Shown: positions 59,127 to 64,000 of the stretch, one piece after another
Layout of the letters: every line of letters begins with the position of its first letter
How positions within the stretch are numbered: the stretch's first letter is position 1
Assembly (NCBI GenBank): GCA_965204375.1
Contig: OZ241986.1
Coordinates: forward strand, 1,344,001 to 1,408,000
Origin: Candidatus Latescibacterota bacterium
GTDB taxonomy: Bacteria > Latescibacterota > UBA2968
Reading direction: 5' to 3'
Length of the DNA stretch: 64,000 nt
Translations under genes and position numbers: made by a program
The notes under the pieces: generated by a model
Database searches by the model: none
Told to the model about the DNA's origin: nothing
The model's input: only the letters and a program-made list of their open reading frames with translations

Positions 59127-59837
59127 ATGGAAACTAAAGATGCGACAGGACAGACTGTGATTGTAACCGGCTCGAATAGAGGAATCGGGCTTGGGTGGGT
59201 GAAGCATTATCTGAACGCCGGTGATTCTGTCGTGGCTACTTGTCGGACACCAGCGGAGGCAACAGATCTGATTGCGCTGAAAGAAAAATACGGGAGCAAG
59301 CTGTTGATCGAGCAATTGGATATGTCGAATGAAGAACATTTCGACCGTTTGGGGGAATCCCTGGCCCGGCATAATGTGCGTATTGACATTGCTATCAATA
59401 ATGCTGGCTCGGGTAGTGGAAAACCCTTTGGAGAGTGGAACACGGCGAGTTTTGCGATTACTTTCGAGGTGCATACCATTGGTTCTGCTTTGTTTGCACA
59501 AATGGTTACGCCACTGCTGAACGACGGGGCAAAAATGGTGCTGACCTCTTCTGGTGTGGGCAGTATTGCGCGCGCCAATCGCCAAAACGAAATGGACGCT
59601 TACGCCATTGCCAAAGCAGGGGTCAATATGCTTGCCAGGCGATTGTCCGTCAGACTCGCCGACCGCAATATTGTAGTGGTTGCTCTCACTCCGGGGGCTG
59701 TACTCACAGGCATGAACCCGAACGGTACGATTTCTGTAGAGGAATCCGTTGGACTGATGACCAGCACGCTTGATAATTTGACCATGGAGGATAGTGGCAG
59801 CTTTCTTCAAAATAATGGCACAGTGGTGCCCTGGTAG
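59127..59837 (+). CDS. Short-chain dehydrogenase/reductase (C-factor/CsgA-like)
   Basis: TGSNRGIG, INNAG, SSGVGS, YAIAK. Confidence 0.88.
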   Translation: METKDATGQTVIVTGSNRGIGLGWVKHYLNAGDSVVATCRTPAEATDLIALKEKYGSKLLIEQLDMSNEEHFDRLGESLARHNVRIDIAINNAGSGSGKPFGEWNTASFAITFEVHTIGSALFAQMVTPLLNDGAKMVLTSSGVGSIARANRQNEMDAYAIAKAGVNMLARRLSVRLADRNIVVVALTPGAVLTGMNPNGTISVEESVGLMTSTLDNLTMEDSGSFLQNNGTVVPW

Positions 59838-59859
59838 CTCTTGTGAAAGGACCCTTTGT

Positions 59860-61350
59860 ATGGCAGAGAAGCCCAATGTGATCGTAATTTTTACAGATGA
59901 TCAGGGATATGGCGACGCGAGTTGCCTGAATCCAGATGCGAAGTTTCAGACGCCAAATCTGGATCGATTGGCAGCAGAAGGAATTGCTTTTACCAATGGG
60001 CATTGCTCAGATACGGTTTGCACGCCTTCGCGTTATGGATTGCTGACTGGACGCTATTCCTGGCGGACGTTGAAGAAACAGGGCGTTTTTCCCGCCGAAG
60101 TACCGTGTCTGATTACAGACGAACGCATGACGCTGGCTTCAATGTTTGGGGCAAATGGATATGATACGGCGATGGTTGGCAAGTGGCACCTGGGTATGAA
60201 TTTCCCTGGCGAGGTGGGCAATCGCGATTGGCGTCAGCCTGTTACCGATATGCCGTTGGATAAGGGATTTGATTATTTTTATGGCATACCCGCTTCGCTC
60301 AATTACGGAATTCTCGCCTGGTTTGAAGGGCGATATGCCAGAGTACCGCCGACGGTTTATACGGCTAAGAAACCAAATGACCGGCATATGGATTATCGCA
60401 TCATGCCGCCGTATGAGAACACGCCGGAAGAAACGCTTGAAGCATTGGGCACTATGGGTATGGAGGTTGCGCCCGATTTTATTGACAATGAGTGTTTGAC
60501 GCGGTTTACCGATAAGGCGATTGCGTGGATGCAGGGCAAAGAATCCAGCACCAAAAGTGGTAAGCCGTTTTTTTTGTACCTGCCATTTACATCGCCGCAC
60601 TATCCCGTATGCCCGCGTGAGGAATTTTGGAATCAGGGCGATTGTGGTGGCTATGGTGAGTTTATGATTGAGACAGATCACCATGTAGGGCGCGTGCTGG
60701 ATTATCTGGAGCAGTCGGGATTGGATGACAATACTATTGTTGTATATACCAGTGATAACGGCCCGGAAAATTCGTGGCGTGGACGGATTGAAGAATTTGG
60801 TCATCATAGCAATGGTATTTATCGCGGAGGTAAAAGGGATATTTACGAAGGTGGACATCGCGTGCCATTTTTTATGCGGTGGCCCAAAGGCATTCAGAAT
60901 CCCGGGCGCAAATGTGATGATCTGGTAGGTCTGGTCGATTTAATGGCGACTTTTGCTGAGGTTGTAGGGGCCGAGTTGCCTGCTGATGCGGGCGAAGATA
61001 GCCAGAGTTTTGCGAAGATACTCAGTGATTTTGACACTCCCCATGAACGATTGCCTTTGATTAACCACGGTGCTGGGGGCCGGTTTGCGATTACAGAAGG
61101 CACGTGGAAGCTGATTATGGCGCACAAGAATGAGCCGTTAGAGCTTTACGATCTCGCGAATGATCCCGGTGAGACAAAAAACGCGATTGGCGATCACCCT
61201 GAGATTGTAGCAGACCTGACCGATAAAATTACAAGCATTGTGTGCAATGGGCGTACGATTCCTGGTGAGAACCAGGCGAATGATACCGATTACTGGGATG
61301 ATTTGACGTGGATTTCATCTGAGGATTATCGGGCAAGGCAACTAAGATGA
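59860..61350 (+). CDS. Arylsulfatase
   Basis: FTDDQGYGD, CTPSRYGLLTG, GKWHLG, TSDNGP, GKRDIYEGGHRVP. Confidence 0.93.
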   Translation: MAEKPNVIVIFTDDQGYGDASCLNPDAKFQTPNLDRLAAEGIAFTNGHCSDTVCTPSRYGLLTGRYSWRTLKKQGVFPAEVPCLITDERMTLASMFGANGYDTAMVGKWHLGMNFPGEVGNRDWRQPVTDMPLDKGFDYFYGIPASLNYGILAWFEGRYARVPPTVYTAKKPNDRHMDYRIMPPYENTPEETLEALGTMGMEVAPDFIDNECLTRFTDKAIAWMQGKESSTKSGKPFFLYLPFTSPHYPVCPREEFWNQGDCGGYGEFMIETDHHVGRVLDYLEQSGLDDNTIVVYTSDNGPENSWRGRIEEFGHHSNGIYRGGKRDIYEGGHRVPFFMRWPKGIQNPGRKCDDLVGLVDLMATFAEVVGAELPADAGEDSQSFAKILSDFDTPHERLPLINHGAGGRFAITEGTWKLIMAHKNEPLELYDLANDPGETKNAIGDHPEIVADLTDKITSIVCNGRTIPGENQANDTDYWDDLTWISSEDYRARQLR

Positions 61351-62888
61351 GTAAATCTCAACAAATACCGGGACAGCGTTCCAATATTCTGATTATATGT
61401 AGCGATCAGCATCATCCTGCAATGGTGGGGTATCGGCAGTACCCATTTGTGGAAACGCCCAATCTGGATCGCCTGGGGCGCGAAGGCACACACTTTACGC
61501 GGGCGTATGCCAATTGTGCGGTGTGTGGTCCCAGTCGCATGAGTTTTATGACGGGGAAGTATGTTCACCAGATTGATAGCTGGTCGAATGGCGTGCCTCT
61601 GCCCGAAGAAGAGAAACAAAAGACCTGGGCAGCGCGGCTGGATCAGAATGGTATCGAATCGACTTGTATAGGCAAAATCGACTCTGCTGGTACCGTTGAC
61701 GATCACAATCCGGGATTTACCCACTTTGACGAACTTCTTCACCGAACGGCATGGGATCCCTATCCGAGAGAGATACCTTTTGTCACGCGCCTTCCCGGAT
61801 ACACGCGGCCAGCCAGTCGGCGATTTTTACTCGAAGCGGGCGGGGGAGATGTCGCAAAGATTGATGACCGGCAGGAGTTGGGATTCTATGGTCATGACCG
61901 CGAGGTGACAGATAAGACGCTGGTGTATTTGCGGGAAAAAGGGCAGGCTAAATCGGATTCCCCCTGGGTGCTGTATGTCGGCTACCTGTATCCCCACTGG
62001 CCGTATCGCGTACCTGAGAAATATTTCGATATGTATTATCCCGATCGCGTTTTGATGCCCCACGGTGCAAAGTTCCCAAATCGCGATATTCACCCCGCGA
62101 TGCAAGAGTGGCAAGCCTCCAATGTATTTGGGGAAGTGACAGAGGATATGCTGCGTCGGACGATTGCTGCTTATTACGGTATGATCACCTGTATGGATGA
62201 TATGATCGGCGAGATTCTCGATGAGTTGCAGGACCAGGGTCTTTATGAAAATACATACATCATCTATACATCAGATCATGGAGAATCCATGGGCGAACAC
62301 GGACTTTTTTTTAAGCACTGTTCTTATGAAGGGGCTATTGGGGTTCCTCTTGTGATCACAGGCCCGGGTATTCCTGAGGGAGAGGTCAATACCGACACGC
62401 CCGTTTCTCTAATCGATCTCTATCCCACCATTTTGGACATGGCTGGGCTGGGTCCCGAACCCGGTCTGCCTGGTTCGAGTTGGTTGCCACTTGTGAGGGG
62501 TGAACCACACAAACGGTCTGAGCGCGTTTTTGCAGAATGGCATGGTCCGCAACTTCGAGGTGCGTATTACATGATTGTGCGGGGCGATTATAAATACACC
62601 TGGTATGAATTTCATCCGCCCTCGTTATTCAATGTGAAGGAAGACCCGAAGGAAGAACGCGATCTCGCATCGGATATTGAACAGGCTGATAGGCTCAGGG
62701 CGTTTGAAGAGGAGTTGCGTTCCATAGTCGATCCAAAGGCGACGGCTCTGCGCGCCAAACGGGATTTGGGACTGATCGCGCCAGATGGCACGGATATGAC
62801 CGATAGCCTGATACCCTGGGCGGGATTTGAAGACGGGACACTTGAGGAAATTCAGCGTGCCGACAGTGCGCGGCACAGGCGGTCATAA
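61347..62888 (+). CDS. Choline-sulfatase-like sulfatase
   Basis: CSDQH, CGPSRMSFMTG, PHWP, YYGM, TSDHGE; ATGA overlap with the upstream gene. Confidence 0.9.
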   Translation: MSKSQQIPGQRSNILIICSDQHHPAMVGYRQYPFVETPNLDRLGREGTHFTRAYANCAVCGPSRMSFMTGKYVHQIDSWSNGVPLPEEEKQKTWAARLDQNGIESTCIGKIDSAGTVDDHNPGFTHFDELLHRTAWDPYPREIPFVTRLPGYTRPASRRFLLEAGGGDVAKIDDRQELGFYGHDREVTDKTLVYLREKGQAKSDSPWVLYVGYLYPHWPYRVPEKYFDMYYPDRVLMPHGAKFPNRDIHPAMQEWQASNVFGEVTEDMLRRTIAAYYGMITCMDDMIGEILDELQDQGLYENTYIIYTSDHGESMGEHGLFFKHCSYEGAIGVPLVITGPGIPEGEVNTDTPVSLIDLYPTILDMAGLGPEPGLPGSSWLPLVRGEPHKRSERVFAEWHGPQLRGAYYMIVRGDYKYTWYEFHPPSLFNVKEDPKEERDLASDIEQADRLRAFEEELRSIVDPKATALRAKRDLGLIAPDGTDMTDSLIPWAGFEDGTLEEIQRADSARHRRS

Positions 62889-62901
62889 TGGAGAAAAAGA
62901 T

Positions 62902-64000
62902 ATGACACCTGTAAATAATTCATTGCCCTTTAGGTTGGGTGTGGGGTCTGCTTTAAAAGCTGCGGTTTTGGCTTATTCGCAGACTGTTCGCAATGAGCCT
63001 GGGCTTTTGGCTTATTGGCGAGTGGGAGATACTCAGGATGCGGATGCCAGTAGAGAGCGTTCGTATGTGGCTTTGGGGGTTGTGCCACATCTGGATGAAG
63101 ATCCACTGGGCGATGCATCTGTGGAGTTCTTTTTTCAGGTTGTTTCCGATGGACAGTTGGACTACGAACCCTGTCTTATTTCGCATCAGATATCCCACGG
63201 TGAACAGACGCGATTCGCATTTCATGTGACGCGGGATTTGACTGCGCTTCGATTTCTCAATGGTACAACAAATACGCTGATTTTCCCGCCCGATGGACCA
63301 ATAAAAGTGGGACAGTGGTATCATTTTTTGGCTACGAGCAAACCGCGACAGGAATTTCGCGCTTATATCGATGGCGTCGAATGCTTTCTGGATATGGGTT
63401 CTCTGGCGTTTGGCGTGCGGCAGCAAGCTTGTCCGATACAGATTGGTGCGTCCAGCGAAAATGGCGAGAATCGGGCTGTAAATTGCGCGATAGATGAGGT
63501 GGCCATATACAATGTGGCTCTGACGCCGTTGGATATCGCGCGACATGTTGATGCGGCTGGCCGAGAGACACTCCGAAAGCAGGTGGTGCATGATCGGAGA
63601 CAACGAGAGGATGAAAAAAAAGAGGTGGCGGCAGCGGCGCTTAGAGCGCGTCTAAACGATCCCGCTTTGCTCGATCCCGGCGAGACAAAAGTCTATGAAG
63701 GGCAATATCTGGATGCGATTTCTCTGCCGGTAGGAGGTATTGGTGCGGGTTTGATTCAGATGAACGGTAAGGCAGAGCGGTCGGTATGGCAAATATTCAA
63801 TAATTTTGAGCATGTTGAAGTGCCCAATAGCTTTTTTGCCGTGTGGGCGAGGCCCCGGGGAAAAGAGCCTGTGGTCAGGGCTTTGCAGACTTCGGATGTT
63901 GGCGTATTTCCCGTGATGGATCGTCTGAGATTCAGGGGGGAATACCCATTTGGATGGTTTGAGTTCGCAGATGCCGATTTTCCTCTTCAGATCGAAATGG
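62902..64000 (+). CDS. LamG-like domain plus GH116 (non-lysosomal glucosylceramidase-like) N-terminus, 3'-partial
   Basis: GGAG RBS and ATG 62902; frame appears open to the window end; LLAYW, WYH, YIDG, IDEVAIYN (LamG), then ISLPVGGIGAG...WQIFN...FRGEYPF (GH116 N-term). Not in the ORF track because it lacks a stop. Confidence 0.8.
   Translation, partial: MTPVNNSLPFRLGVGSALKAAVLAYSQTVRNEPGLLAYWRVGDTQDADASRERSYVALGVVPHLDEDPLGDASVEFFFQVVSDGQLDYEPCLISHQISHGEQTRFAFHVTRDLTALRFLNGTTNTLIFPPDGPIKVGQWYHFLATSKPRQEFRAYIDGVECFLDMGSLAFGVRQQACPIQIGASSENGENRAVNCAIDEVAIYNVALTPLDIARHVDAAGRETLRKQVVHDRRQREDEKKEVAAAALRARLNDPALLDPGETKVYEGQYLDAISLPVGGIGAGLIQMNGKAERSVWQIFNNFEHVEVPNSFFAVWARPRGKEPVVRALQTSDVGVFPVMDRLRFRGEYPFGWFEFADADFPLQIEM

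Noticed and set aside
62953-63603. 216-aa minus-strand ORF at the window end
   Set aside because: Antisense to the plus-strand LamG-GH116 gene that runs off the window.

Overview
Bacterial DNA of moderate-to-high GC, dense in catabolic genes. The style resembles marine or sponge-associated Latescibacterota/Poribacteria-like genomes (inference only). It holds 8 complete Cys-type sulfatases plus one fragment, 4 phytanoyl-CoA dioxygenase (PhyH) family genes, 3 enolase-superfamily dehydratases, amidohydrolases, GH2/GH32/GH51/GH116 glycosidases, lyase-like proteins and a multicopper oxidase. Mobile DNA comprises one complete IS1380 (TIRs plus CTAA target duplication) and two related IS200/IS605-type tnpB-only elements pointing away from each other, each inserted in a gene after TTAY. 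The main signals the ORF track misses are: (1) a probable selenoprotein split by an in-frame TGA (C-T-U) with a downstream hairpin; (2) a 41-bp AT-rich element present three times (two identical) that consists of a sigma70 promoter and sits just upstream of three unrelated minus-strand genes; (3) a tnpB element whose precise excision restores an in-frame but internally deleted GH51 gene; (4) a truncated TnpB fused in frame to an internally deleted GMC oxidoreductase; (5) a multicopper oxidase with an RGG low-complexity insert and a C-terminal CxxC domain. No rRNA, tRNA or CRISPR array was recognised.
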